A stretch of DNA of 64,000 bases from the NCBI RefSeq assembly GCF_009914755.1, contig NC_060932.1, one strand, 5' to 3'. The notes under the pieces are model-generated. The model saw only the letters and a program-made list of their open reading frames with translations. It had not been told where the DNA came from and made no database searches. Positions 38,866-52,357 of this stretch are shown piece after piece; position 1 is the first letter of the stretch, and each line of letters opens with the position of its first letter. Source of the DNA: the human T2T-CHM13v2.0 reference genome, Homo sapiens. The position numbers and the translations under genes were made by a program.

Positions 38866-39720
38866 TGAATTTACCTATTAAGCTATTATATGGAGACAAG
38901 CTAATTGCAATTGCATGTAGGATAGGCTGTTTGTGAAAAGTGGTTATATTCACCATGAATTTGTCAGAATCCATCATAACTTGTTAGCAGTAGTGTTAGC
39001 CAATCAGAAATGGTACTGTGTCTCTTCAATTTGAATTATTTCATGCCCTGTGAGGTTAAATTCTTACTTATACATTTAAGAATCAGGACAGAGATCCCTC
39101 TGGAAGGGAACAGTGTGGCATTAATTCTTAAATAAAGAGAACAAATATTTTTATTTTTTAGAATTTAACTAGTGATTCAGTTATATGTAGAGCTAAGCAC
39201 CTCACAAATTAATGAGCTAAGGCATCACATGTAGGAGGAAGGCTTTGTGAAAGTGGCACTTGAGGTTATTTTTAGTGGCACATGTATCCAAAATTTTGTT
39301 TTGCTTGTGGGTAGGTAAAAGCCACATTCTCAGGACACCCAGCCTTGCCCCTGAACCCTAGGTGCCCCCATTAAGATCCTGAGGCTTATGAATGTGTCGT
39401 CTGATGGTGCTCACACAGTTATGCTGATGTAACCAGGTCGGTTAAGGGATAAGTACTCACATCATTATTCAGTAAGTGTGAGGATCAGGTAAATATTTGG
39501 TAAGCTGATTCTGAAAGATGGCTGATCATGTAGCAAGTTCAGGTTGCCTAAGTGGAACAAAAGTGATGGCATCTCCATAGTCTTTGTAACTACCGTAACA
39601 TTTCTCCAAAACTTTCATCACTGAACCAAAGCCACCGATTTGCTTAATTTAGAATATTCATTGTCTATCCATATTTCTTGTATAAAGCCAAAGGAATCAG
39701 TGGAACAAGATTTGTTTCTA

Positions 39721-39842
39721 CTTTCTTTCTTTTTCCTTCCTTCCTTCCTTCCTTCCTTCCTTCCTTCCTTCCTTCCTTCCTTCCTTCCTTCCTTCTTTCC
39801 TTCCTCCCTCCCTCCCTCCCTTCCTCCCTCCCTCCTCCCTCC

Positions 39843-39881
<39 letters not shown>

Positions 39882-39898
39882 CTTCTCTCTTTCTTTCT
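39721..39898. repeat. Pure pyrimidine tract (CCTT)n-(CCCT)n-(CT)n at an Alu tail
   Basis: About 178 nt containing only C and T. Confidence 0.95.
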
Positions 39899-40159
39899 GA
39901 TAGAGTCTTGCTCTGTCACCCAGGCTGGAGTGCAATGTAGCTTTGACATCCTGGATTCAAGTGATCCTCCCACCTCAGCCTCCCCAGTAGCTGGGACCAC
40001 TGGCATGCGCCACCAAGCCCAGCTAATTTTTGTATTTTTGGTAGAGATGGGGTTTTACCATGTTGCCCAGGCTGGTCTCAAACTCCTGGGCTCAAGCGAT
40101 TCACCTGCCTCAGCCTCCCAAACTTCTGGTACTACAGCTGTGAGCCACCATGCCCGGTC
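39899..40159 (-). mobile_element. Alu (AluJ-like) with a small internal deletion
   Basis: gatagagtcttgctctgtcacccaggctggagtgc ... tgagccaccatgcccggtc. Confidence 0.9.
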
Positions 40160-41404
40160 TGCTTTTTTTCATAACTAAATTCTTCTAGACCCATGTAAGG
40201 CAGCTTATGCAGGAACCATGATTTAGGAAGCTTTTCCTCCCCTTTTTGAATCATTAGATCAGCAGTGACTAAGGTGCAAGGCTGGCAAAACCATATCATT
40301 CTGTCATAGACAACAGGGTTAGGATACTTAGAACCTTCTCCAAGAACAAACTGTTATGTTACATTTGATTGTGGTTCCTTTTTTTAAAAGTCCATGTTCA
40401 ATTTCAAAACTTTAAAAACTGTTATTCTTAAGCCTTTATTTTTTGTCCCTTTCTATTCATCTTGCTCCTTGAAAATAGCAAGAAAGGAGCTATCAACTGT
40501 GATAACCTTGGTTCTAAGAGATCATGATATAACTACCTCATGGTTTCTTTGGAATATTATCTAAGAATCAAGAAACAAAAGATTTTGATATACCCACTCC
40601 TTAAGTGTGCCTGAGTTCACTCTTAAGAAAATTCAATGATAGTGTATTTAAATGTGGATATCTAGTGGGGCAGGCAAGAGGACAAGCAATTCTTTCCATT
40701 AGAGTGATCAGGAAAGGCTTCATAAGAGATAGTTGTTTAATTGGGCCTAAGAATATTTTATAGGATTGATGCATGCAAAGATGGGGGTAAGCAGGGAGGG
40801 ATAATAAAAGGTATAATGAAAGCATGAATAATTCCATGTTGTTATAGGCATTCTTGCCTATCACGAGTAAATGGAATGGTCAGGAGAAAAACAATGTACA
40901 ATTCAAAATTTAATGTTACAATTTTAATATCATTCACAAGTGATATGAATATATAATGTTTGTTATATTTATAGGTCCCAGCCTTTGAGAAGAAATTCAG
41001 GCTCTAAAATTATTAAACATGATTGTCTTCTTCTTACCTCCTGAAAAAATGTACTTGTAACTTTCAGTCTCAGATTGCTAGTCAGTATTGTGGATCATTG
41101 AAGGAAAGTCATGGGGCAACTGTTTTGAAGAATGAAAACTATTTGGATTGCAACAGAAAATAAGGTAGACCTCAAATATAAGTTGATATTAGACCATTTA
41201 TATATGGTGTATATGGCAGTGGAAGAGAATTGTTGAATGCTAGGTAAAATAATATGAACTTTATTTTGTATGTGTTTTGAAATCTTTTTTAGTTTTGGTC
41301 AGGAGAGTCTTGTGTAAGGTTCATCTAGAAAAATTCTGATGGGAGAGATTCTGCTTGTTTTTTATTTGTATTCCCTGGTGCTTAAAACATGTTTATAATA
41401 TTAA

Positions 41405-41520
41405 AGGAAGAACAAAAAGGAAGGAAGGAAGAAAGGAGTAGGAGATAGGAGAGAGAAGGGAAGAAAGGAGAAGAGAGAAAGGGAGGGAAAGCAAGTCAGG
41501 AAGGAGGGAGGGAAAGAAGA
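41405..41520. repeat. GA-rich low-complexity tract
   Basis: Nearly all purine. Confidence 0.8.
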
Positions 41521-41537
41521 GTATAAAATGGGTTCCG

Positions 41538-41650
41538 CATACACTGCTTGGGAGATGGGTGCACCAGAATCTCACAAATCACCATTAAAGAGCTAACTCA
41601 TGTAACCAAATACAATCAGTTTCCCCAAAACCTACTGGGGAAAAAAAAAA
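41538..41650 (+). mobile_element. Short 5'-truncated L1 (L1PB-like) 3' terminus with poly(A)
   Basis: tacactgcttgggagatgggtgcaccagaatctcacaaatcaccattaaagagctaactcatgtaaccaaa followed by A10. Confidence 0.85.
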
Positions 41651-41659
41651 GTGTGGGAT

Positions 41660-42420
41660 GGATTGGTTTGAGAAAGAGTCAAGGAGAAAACACCTTTAAT
41701 GCTGTAGAGACATAAGGTAAACAGAGACTTGAAGTAAGAATTGAAATGGGGAGAGGGGAAGTATTTAAAAGATTTTTCTGAAATAAAATTTGCAAACCTT
41801 GAAAACTGGCTATATGGGAGGTAAAGAAAGTCAGAAGAGTTACAAGTTATTAAGCTGTTTTTTAAACACATGACAACTGAGAGGGCAATTGTGCTAGAAA
41901 TAGGTGACAAAAGGGAAAATTATTTGAGGGAGGCAGTTGTGCCAGAAATAGATAACAAAAAGGAACATTATTTGAGGGAAAAGGAGCAATGAGTACAGTT
42001 TGTAGCACATTTGTGTGTGAAGTTTTTACAGGACATCTAAGGGAAGAAGTCAAACTGCAGAGATCAGGGGCTCTGATATAGTTTTGAAAAATCACATCAA
42101 TTGAATTTATAGATATATTAATTAAAGGAGGATGAGATTTCCAAGTAAAACCAGGCATGCATGGAAGTACCTCTACATAGGAGTGGTGATAAGAAAGGAG
42201 AAGACAATGAAGGAAATTGTCTGAAAGATTAAAAAGAAAATTACAAGAGTAGAGGATCAGGGAAACAAACTAAGGAAAACCTGCTAGGAGAAGATGATGA
42301 AGTGCAGCAAATGCTATACAGAGGGTTCAGAATATCTGGAGACTAGGAACAGATGACAGTGAATTCCAAAAGTGGAATATAATTCATTCTCCAGAGAAGT
42401 TTAGCCATGAAGCAATGCAA
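41660..42420 (-). mobile_element. Degraded L2 internal fragment
   Basis: Purine-rich L2-like sequence (ggacatctaagggaagaagtcaa..gagatcaggggct); boundaries uncertain. Confidence 0.5.
41884..41979. repeat. Diverged tandem duplication, 2 x 48 bp (6 mismatches)
   Basis: 41884-41931 versus 41932-41979; also visible as a repeated peptide in the minus-strand ORF. Confidence 0.9.
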
Positions 42421-45210
42421 TAGAGAGGTGGCTGTGTTCCCATGAATGAGATCTATGTGTTTAAATTCTGTGAATTTCATCAGTTGAAAAACTACAGCTC
42501 TGTTAGGGGAGAAAATAAAAATAAATAAAGAAATTTCAGCTGGAAACTTATCCTTTTCAATATCAACTCGGGCAAGAGGTGTGAAGACCACATTCCAATG
42601 GCCAGGAGCAAGGTCAAGTCCAGTGGTTACTCTCCATCCTTATCTCCAAGTATAAAATCTCATGAACTAAGACAACTAGAATGAGTTATTAAATTTGCAT
42701 TTGTGTGGGCCAAGACTCAGAAGTCATCAATGTATCTTTTGGGCAGAAACAAGGCAAGTTTGTATTTGGCGGGAAGAACAAAGAAAGGTGCCCTGCAACC
42801 CTACCCTGAACAGCCTGAGCAATCTGGAAGGGCTTTGTGGTATAGATAGAAATGGAGACACCTTAAAAATAATCAGAAAGTCTCTATTTCCAGAGTTTCC
42901 CATTCCTTATATCACCATCTAAAACCACTTTTTTTCAGAATGTGTATATTTTGGGGAAAAGAGTGGTCAAAGCTTTTGTGTACTCCTCCTGTTTCAGAGA
43001 TGACCATGCTCTTAGCCTTAGCTATAATAAAGACAGGAGCAGAAAAGTTTCTGAAGAATTCCAGCCAGCATTTTTGGTCATATTTTCCAGCTTTCATTCA
43101 ATGGCATGTTGAAGTTTTCAGTAGAATCTCAGAAATAGTGTTCTCTCCAGTTGTATTGTTATGTGGGAATTGTTGCTGATTGGTTTGGGCACAGAGTGCT
43201 TCCACATAAATAGATCCAGCTAATGTGTTGCTAGAGGGATAAATGAGGATGTACAAGAGGAATAAGCAGAAAATGAAGGCATTGTGTGTTAAGTAGTGGT
43301 TAGAAAAAGGACGTTTGGATGGTGTAGATATGCTTGTTGGGTGAAAGCAAAGACCCACACCAAATTCCACTCTTGACACCCTTAGAATTATGCTTTGACC
43401 ACCTTCTCTGGTTGGACCAAATATACTGCACTTCTATTTTTTCTTTCTTTGACTATTGTTTTAGTAATTTGAATCTGGCAATTTTGGCGGCAATATCGAT
43501 CTTGCTTCTTTTATCAGCAGCCATACAACTGGACCTTTACCTAGCATCCAGGAACCTTACGTTTAATTACTAACTCCTGCCATGTTCACTGACTGGTCTA
43601 AGAAAATGAATTTTTAGAAGGCCTGAGAGTTTAGATATTGCACTTAATACTACTCTTCAACGTTATAATATCTGTTCATTTAATGCATAACTCATTAAAT
43701 CAAAGTGACACTGGGATACAAGGACAAGATAAGGGGAGTGAAAGGGATAATTTTAGACTTTGTTTCACTGTGAGTATGTCTTCTGCAATGCATGTTAATC
43801 ACAGAATCAAAATAAACACACTTAATTGAACAGTATTTGGATCAATAAAATCATTGACTGAGTACCACTGGTGCTCACTTGAGGTAAACAAGTGATTTAA
43901 TAGTCTGCACTTCCTTCAGGCCTCTTTGGTGTGGCCATCAATAGTATATTCCTAAATCGGAACTGGCAGTGACCAAAAGGCCCTCATCAAGCAACCCAGC
44001 CTGACCTCCCGAGGTGTATTATCGCCTGACATCTTACAAGCCACTTTTTATTTCCATTCTCTGTGTCCTATAATTCTTGTTAGATAATTTGAAGCTCAGC
44101 TTGTGAGAAAACACACACACATCCCTTTTATAAAGAAGATGATTTCTTCAAGGACTTGAGTAAGAATTATTCTTTTCAAACATTTACATATTCCATTTTA
44201 AACCATTTACGCCTTTTACATTTACCATTTATCTTTCCAGTGCAGAAGTATGGGGAAAAGGAGAAGAGTAGAATGTAAAGGAAGTTGAAAGAATTAAGAG
44301 TAGAGAGTTTGCCACTAACACAGCCACAGATTGCAGGCCTTCAGATTGAATCTCAGACACTGAGCTGTGATTTGTATCTCTTATGAGGTTCTAATCTTCC
44401 TCGAACTTCTGATTGGAGAAACTGATAAGCTACCATCACATGAATCCATGTTGCACATCTGAATATTGTCTTATAGACTGCATGCCAAACATGTGCCAGA
44501 TAGATTTCCAATTAATCTGAGCTCTGCTCTGTTACAGGTTTCTGCTGAGACAATTCTGCTTTGCATGAACATGCGTGCCACCCATGATAGCCATTTTAAA
44601 TTGAGTGTATTTGGGGACACATGAAATTCAATGATGGTCAACTGAATTAACTCATAGTTTTATGAGGAAACCTTAAAACTCCCAACTCTGGGTCCTGGGG
44701 AATGAGTCCATGAAGGCCAAATGAAATCTGGTAAAGGAGCTTAAGTCACAGCCTATTTTAACTGTTTAGCTAGAACATTTTACTAAGTAGAGTTGAATGA
44801 GTGATATTTTTTTAAAAACGAAATTTCAGCAGTCATTAGAAAGATGTTATTGGCTAGTAATAGTCACATTGTCAACATAGCTGTATGCAAACACTTTTGA
44901 TCAGGAGCAGATGTATTAAGAAACTGGCAAGTCTAGAGACTCTTAATATTTCAGTAACTTCCAAAGGCCAAGCCTATTATGATGCATCAATGTTATTCTG
45001 GAATGTCAGATGAGAAATTCAGACCTGTAGTTCATCCTAGTCAAACTCTATTACTATTTTTTGGAAGAAAGAGTTTGGCCTATTTTAAATATTGCAGTAT
45101 TGATTGAATATAGCTTAACCACTTCATTGTTTAAGGAGCATAAATGTGAGTACCTATGCCCTTCCTGTGGCTTTTCTAGCCATGTCTTAGCTATTAAAAA
45201 TACAATGATA

Positions 45211-45510
45211 TGCTGGGCACGGTGGCTCACGCCTGTAATCCCAGCACTTTGAGAGGCTGAGGTGGGTGGATCACCTGAGGTTAGGAGTTCGAGACCAGCC
45301 TGACCAATATGGCGAAACCCTGTCTCTACTAAAAATACAAAAATTAGTCGGGTGTGGTGGTGCGTGCTTGTAGTCCCAGCTACTCAGGAGGTTGAGACAG
45401 GAGAATCGCTTGAACCCAGGAGGCGGAGGTTGCGGGGAGTCGAGATCATGCCACTGCACTTTAGCCTGGGCGACAGAGCGAGACTCCACCTAAAAAATAA
45501 ATAAATAAAT
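45211..45510 (+). mobile_element. Alu (AluS-like)
   Basis: Dimeric Alu; TSD aaaatacaatgat. Confidence 0.95.
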
Positions 45511-45552
45511 AAAATACAATGATGGTAACAACAAAATCAATTTATGCCATAC

Positions 45553-45893
<341 letters not shown>

Positions 45894-46029
45894 TAAAAAA
45901 ATTTTTTTAGATAAAATGAAAATGAAATTATTTACTTACAAGTATGTAGTCATCCTGATGAGGTATGTACCACTTCAGGCTTAATCTAGAACTGAATAAG
46001 ATTCAGTATACGTCCTGTGCTTTCCTAAA

Positions 46030-46150
46030 CACTTACAGATGTTCAGGCTCCAATCTGGGAGTTTCTATTTCTAGACAAGAGCCTGGAAATCTGGTTTTTG
46101 AAAAAAGTACTCTTCTTGTGATGCCCAAGTCAGTGTAGGAATTGCTGCTT
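46030..46150. mobile_element. Possible MER5-like hAT DNA transposon relic
   Basis: acagatgttcaggctcc ... gagcctggaaatctggttttt ... ggaattgctgcttt; weak resemblance only. Confidence 0.3.
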
Positions 46151-47268
46151 TCTCCACTCCACAATGCTGGGCCATGATGACATAGCATTCAGCCTTGGTA
46201 TTTCTACAGAGGCTGTCCTTTCAGCCTGAAATGTTCTTTCCTCTTCCACTAAAAAACATACTTTCATCCTATAAAACCCGGTTTAAAAATCAGCTCTGCT
46301 GGAGCACCATGGGTATGATGCATGGATCAAGCATCACACCCATGATACTTGAAGATTGATCAGAATGCTCTATGACCCTCCCTCCTTGAAAACACTTGAC
46401 TTTCAATTAGAGGGGAAAATGGACATTAGTTGGAAAGCTATATTTTTTTGCCTGTGCTCACAGTAAAGCCCATAATTTGTAAATGCATTTGAAAATATTG
46501 GTAAAATAAAATTCCTTTTTGTGTAGGTATAGTTTTTGTTATCCTTTCTTGGAGGATTGATTTAAAAAGATAGACTTTTAAATCAGACCAAGGTACTGAA
46601 TAATGGCATTTTGTAGGGTAAGTCTGTACTTACTTGTTTTTTTCTTTTTCAAGAACCTAAAGTAAAAATGATAATAGTTGAAAAGTCAATTATTTTTTCA
46701 GTTTTACTACATATAATTTTCTAAAAGATATATATATACATTTTCATCTTAATTTTTTCCCTAAAGATGGTGATTTCAGTGTGCATTTGAGAGTCTGTAG
46801 CAGAGTCAATGTTAGAGACAATTAGAACATTTGATAAATATGCCTTTCATAATATTATGTACAGAAAAGCTTATAATTTTGATGAAAGACAGTATATGAA
46901 CAACAGAAAATTTTCTTAATGATTAAAATAGCATTGTTTGAAGCTTTGGGATAGCATAATTATTATGAAATGATATTCAACTAAACATTATAATATGTAG
47001 GGCAAATTTATTTTTTAATTAATGCAATGTTCTTTTAATATACTGGCCTGCTCCAAGAGTTAAAATAAGCAGATTCCTTGTCAGTAGGAATCTTTGACAA
47101 TGAGCCAAGTACAGCATTGCTAGTGTACAGGATTACTTTTATTTCTTTAGTTTTAACAGTGGTTTCTGGTAACATATCTGTAGGGTGTCGGTTCTCAGGG
47201 AACTTTTCACCTGGCTGTAATCCAATTAACGTTATTTGGTGTATAAATTGCTTTAAAAAGTAAATTTT

Positions 47269-47575
47269 GGTCAGGAGCGATGGCTCATGCCTATAATCTC
47301 AGCACTTCAGGAGGCCAAGGTAGGAGAATGACTTGAGGCCAGCAGTGTGAAACCAGCTTGGGCAACATAGCAAGACTCCATCTCTAACATAAATTAAAAA
47401 AATTAGCTGGGTATGGTTGTGCACGCCTAGTCCCAGCTACTTGGGAGGCTGTGGTGGGAGGATGGCCTGAGCCCAGGAGTTTGAGGCTGCAGTGAGCTAA
47501 GATTGAATTATGACTGTACTCCAGCCTGGGTGACAGAGTGAGATCCTGTTTCTAAAAACAAAAAACAAACAAGAA
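47269..47575 (+). mobile_element. Alu (AluJ-like)
   Basis: cttgaggccagcagtgtgaaaccagcttgggcaacatagcaagac; gagcccaggagtttgaggctgcagtgagc. Confidence 0.93.
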
Positions 47576-48425
47576 ATATTTTTTTCTTTTGGTTTTATGA
47601 CAGAAATTCTAAGCAGAGAATTAAAGCAGGATTCACCCCGGTGATCATTTTCAGAACTTCATTCTTTTGAAATGCAAGTTTTTATTCACTTTTTACTAAA
47701 TTTTTTAAAAATGTAAACTCTGGGCTATTCTATTTTGAATAAGACACTCTTGGTATTTTTTTCTCTGTTCAGATTGTGTAAAATAAATACCAGTTTTCAA
47801 AGTTATTTTTTTAGGTGTCCAGAAATAACATTTTGCAGTCAAATACCAGAACATGAAAGAGTCTTTACATGTGAAACCATAAAGTTTAAAAGCAAAACTA
47901 AGACTAAACAACCATGTAAGAAATAGAAGTAGAATCCATTGTAAAAGAAATAGGCAATTGTTCCACCTCTCCTTGGTACAGTCATTTCACCCTGCTGATG
48001 GTCCCTCTACTTGGGAGCCATTTTACTACATGGCCGCAAACTCGACTAATGGATTCTTTCAGTTAACAAAGACTGTGTTGTGTTTATAAACCCATGTTGT
48101 TTTCACCGAATTCTGACATGTTAAGGAACAAAAACTTCATTTCTTATATTTTCTTTTTAACAAAATCTTTTGAAAACTTCTCACGTGCTAAATTCTGCAT
48201 TTGCAGGGTTTCCATTTCTCTAGTGATTCACTGTATTTTTCAAGGAAAAAAATGACTATATTTATGGTAACTTCTGAAACTATATTAATAATTTTTTTAG
48301 AATTTGTCAAATTCCTTTTAGGTATTTGGTTCTCAAGAGATATTTGCACAAAGAATATATCACTGTAAACATAACAAAAGAAAATAAAGCATGCTCTATT
48401 AAGCTTGATTTTTGTTCCTTCCAGC

Positions 48426-48633
48426 TTTTATTTTAGGTTCAGGGGGTACATGTACAGGTTTGTTATGTGGGTAAATTGCATGTCACTGGGGTTCGGAGTA
48501 CAAATGATGTCACCATCCAGGTAGTGAGCATGGTAACCAATAAGTAGATTTCGATCCTCACTCTTCTCCCACCCTCCACCCTCAGTTAATTCCCAGTGTC
48601 TATTGTTCCCCTCTTTGTGTCCACGTGTTCTCA
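48426..48633 (-). mobile_element. Old L1PA/L1PB 3' end fragment
   Basis: ttttattttaggttcagggggtacatgtacaggtttgttatgtgggtaaattgcatgtc; the minus-strand ORF resembles an L1 3'UTR translation. Confidence 0.9.
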
Positions 48634-48794
48634 AGTTAACCTAAATTTCTTGATTAAGGCCACTATTAAAATAATGTGACTATAGTGTTTGGATTCCAAA
48701 TATACATCACGCATCTCTGTCTTGGTTCTTATGAGTTTAGTATTTAGCGTGGCACTTAATAGAGCAGTAGGTGTTGACAAAATGAAAGAATAAA

Positions 48795-49110
<316 letters not shown>

Positions 49111-49569
49111 ATGAATAAAAATCCCTGTTTCTGTATCTTCCTTCTGTCCCCTTAAAATGTCATTTTTACTCAACATTCTGTCTTTGATTTTATTGTAATT
49201 TTAAAATGCTTTTATAATCTTAACTACTCGTATGATGTTAATAGTCATTTTATATGTTTGCAAAATCCTTGTTTTACCTAACTTCTCTCTTGAATTCTAC
49301 ATCCCCCATTTTCATATGGATGACTCATAAGATCTTTATCCCTCTCTGTCTGTGTGTCTCATATCTGTAAGTCTCACTGATGTTCTGCTCTTTAGCTTCT
49401 TCATGGATCATCCAGCTACTCCTACTGACTTCTAGCAGAACATCTTCTCTCCGATTTGCTGAGCCTTCCACCTGGCATTTTTGTTCTTAACCAATCAATT
49501 GCCAAACTTTATAATTTTGTATTTAATATCTTTTCTTAATTATGCCTTTTAAAAAGTTTTTATATTATT

Positions 49570-49843
49570 GTTTTATTTGTATTTGTAGTTTTTTTGTTGA
49601 CAAGATCTCGCTGTCCTCAGGCCAGAGTGCAGTGGCACGATCACAACTGACTGTAGCCTCCAAGTCCTGGACTCAAGCGATCCTCCCACCTCAGCCTCCT
49701 GAGTAGCTGGGGGTACAGGCACACATCACCATAACCTGGCTAGTTTTTAAATTTTCTGTAGAGATGAGGTCTCACTATGTTGCCCAGGTTGGCCTCAAAC
49801 TCCTGGCCTCAAGTGATCCTCCTGCCTCGGCCTCTCAAAGCGT
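49570..49843 (-). mobile_element. Alu (AluJ-like), 5' end truncated
   Basis: ctcaagcgatcctcccacctcagcc ... ggtctcactatgttgcccagg. Confidence 0.9.
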
Positions 49844-52357
49844 GTCTTTTCTTTAAAAACAAAAAAATTGTTACCTCACACTTACACCACTATAACAGCC
49901 TCCAAACTAGCCTTTCCACTTACTGCACCTTTTCTTTCCTGCCTGCTATGTACAAGGCTACCATGTTGAACATTTTTATCCACTGTTTTTATTCCTGAAA
50001 ACATTTTTGCTTAGAAATCCCAGTCGTTCCCCATTTCAACTTATATAAAAGCCAAGTCAATTTATGTGGGTTAGAATTATAACTTATTTATTTATAAAAC
50101 AATATTACTGTACATCTGTATCATAATTTAAAGTTGGCAAATTGCTATCTTCTGTTACAATCCAGGTGGGGAAAAAACAGTAAAATGAACTAAAATCAGT
50201 ATTAAAGGAGGACTTTGTCTGGGATGAACTGCTAAATTCCAGCAATCCAAGCTTTCTTTAAAGTTGATACTACATGTATTCACTTCACTTCTGGTGCATG
50301 GTGTTCCATGACTATTCAGTTGAGTCCTTCCACCATCTGTATGTGATATGCCATTTTCTGTTACTATTTTCTTCAATTTAATGTAAATTTTTCACAAAGT
50401 ACTAGTTTGAGGTTTCCTGTCCCAGCTGTCTGACAATAAATTGATCTTTTATATGACTTATCTTGCCTCATCGACTCTTTGTCAATTTCTAGACAAGTAA
50501 CACTGTTTCATGCAGGACCAAGTAACTTGTCCCAGATCAAGAATTCTTAAGTTTCTTCAGAAGAATAGTATCTATCAATCCTAATAACTTAGGTTCATTT
50601 TTCTTGATGAGATGTTCAGAACTTTAGGTAGTATTTGGTATCCAGAACTTTGGTTGTTGCTTGACTAGCTGCCTATTCATTTATAAGAAAGAGAGTGGAA
50701 AGTTCATGATTCTTTTTGAATGGGGTAAAACTTCCTGGGCCAGACATTTCTTTAGCCTAGAATTCTAGAACTAAGAACAAAGAGATGCTGGTTTCTAATT
50801 TTTACAATGTCTGTAATATAGAAAAATGAAATGAATAAAACACATCATGCTACAAAATTCTTTCTAATTTTTACCCAATACATGTTGTTTATCTTATTCT
50901 AGGTGTTTTGAGGATAGAGTAGGATTTATTGAGCGGAGGTAATTGCTAATTCAACACAAATAAAATAATGTAAGATTTTTGCAGTATTTTAAGATCTTTT
51001 GATAGACTAATTATATTGCAAAAGGTTGATTGCATTATAAAATTATATATTCTTCCTCTACAGAGTCAGTAGCAAATGCATGCTATTTCAAAGCTATGTT
51101 GTATATCTGGAAGCTTGATAATTGCAGTTCATATTTTCTTACCAAACTGATAATGTGAGATTTTTAAAAAATAACCTTCTAAATCCCTATGTTTTGTCCT
51201 AGGTTTAAAATTCTATGAGAACCAGACCACACATTCTTTTGTTCTTAGGCTGTGTTGTTTTCAGAGATGCTGACCTGTTAGTGATTAACCAAGATTAGGG
51301 TCTTGGATGCTTGTGGTTATCAGAAAGCTTTCCCTGAGGATGTCTCCAGTTCAAGGAGAATTTCACATTTATATCTAGGAGGGATGCCCTAAAATTGTAT
51401 TGACTGTATATAAAGATTTACATTTGCTTTGTGAATGCTTGATGATGCTGTTGTATAATGACTGAAGTAAAAAATTTGTAAAAAATTTAACACTGAGTGT
51501 GCATGGCCTGGACTTAGTTTTGAGATGCTAAACTGTGCTCATTTCACCCTAAATGGAGTAAGAAGTAAATGTAGCTTAGTATATTTACAGTAAAATAAGT
51601 CATATATGATCTTACTGTGTCCTCAGAATAACCATACAAGGAAGTAGAATGTGTATTCTTACAAGGTAAAATGTAAAGGTGTGAAAAATGAAAGAAATCC
51701 GACTGCTAGCCAGATTTATTCTTTTCTTTCTGCTTCCAAACTGCGTCTTTGTGATATTTTCCACTTTGCTATTTACTAGTCTGTTTCCCAGCTATACTGT
51801 AAATTCTGTGAAATATTTCTATTTATCTCATTTTTCCATTACCCATAGTTCTTCAACAAGTTTTTATTAAATATAGCAGTTAACAAGTGAAAAAAATCAG
51901 TGGCAGTACTGGGGCTCAAACCCAGGAATGAATCTAAATATATTCCTTTGTTCTCTTTTACTATAACGACTCATCTAAACAATTCTAAACTTCATTTTGA
52001 AATTAAAAGATAAGCACCACAAAATAATGCATAAACTTTCAAGAGAACGAATTGATTACTGTATTTGTAAACACATTTTCTCATATCTTAAAAAACGCAG
52101 GAGCTGATAAGGACAAAATTAATAAGAAAGATGAAGACAATCTATATTGACTAATAGGAATATGTTCCTGTCTCCCCATATCACCCAGTGTTTTATAGGA
52201 AGCTTAAATTTGGAATTTCTTGCATCCTCTATGAAATGTCTCTTGGAAGCCCTTGGAATTCACAGAAGATCAATTCTTCTGACTCACATGGGTTATGGCC
52301 ACATGTTCCTCTCATCTCTGTTCACTACCAGGTTAAATCTTTCTGTTCATTGCCTCT

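Noticed and set aside
39618-40178. ORFs of 86-166 aa with repetitive peptides
   Set aside because: Translations of the microsatellite and Alu.
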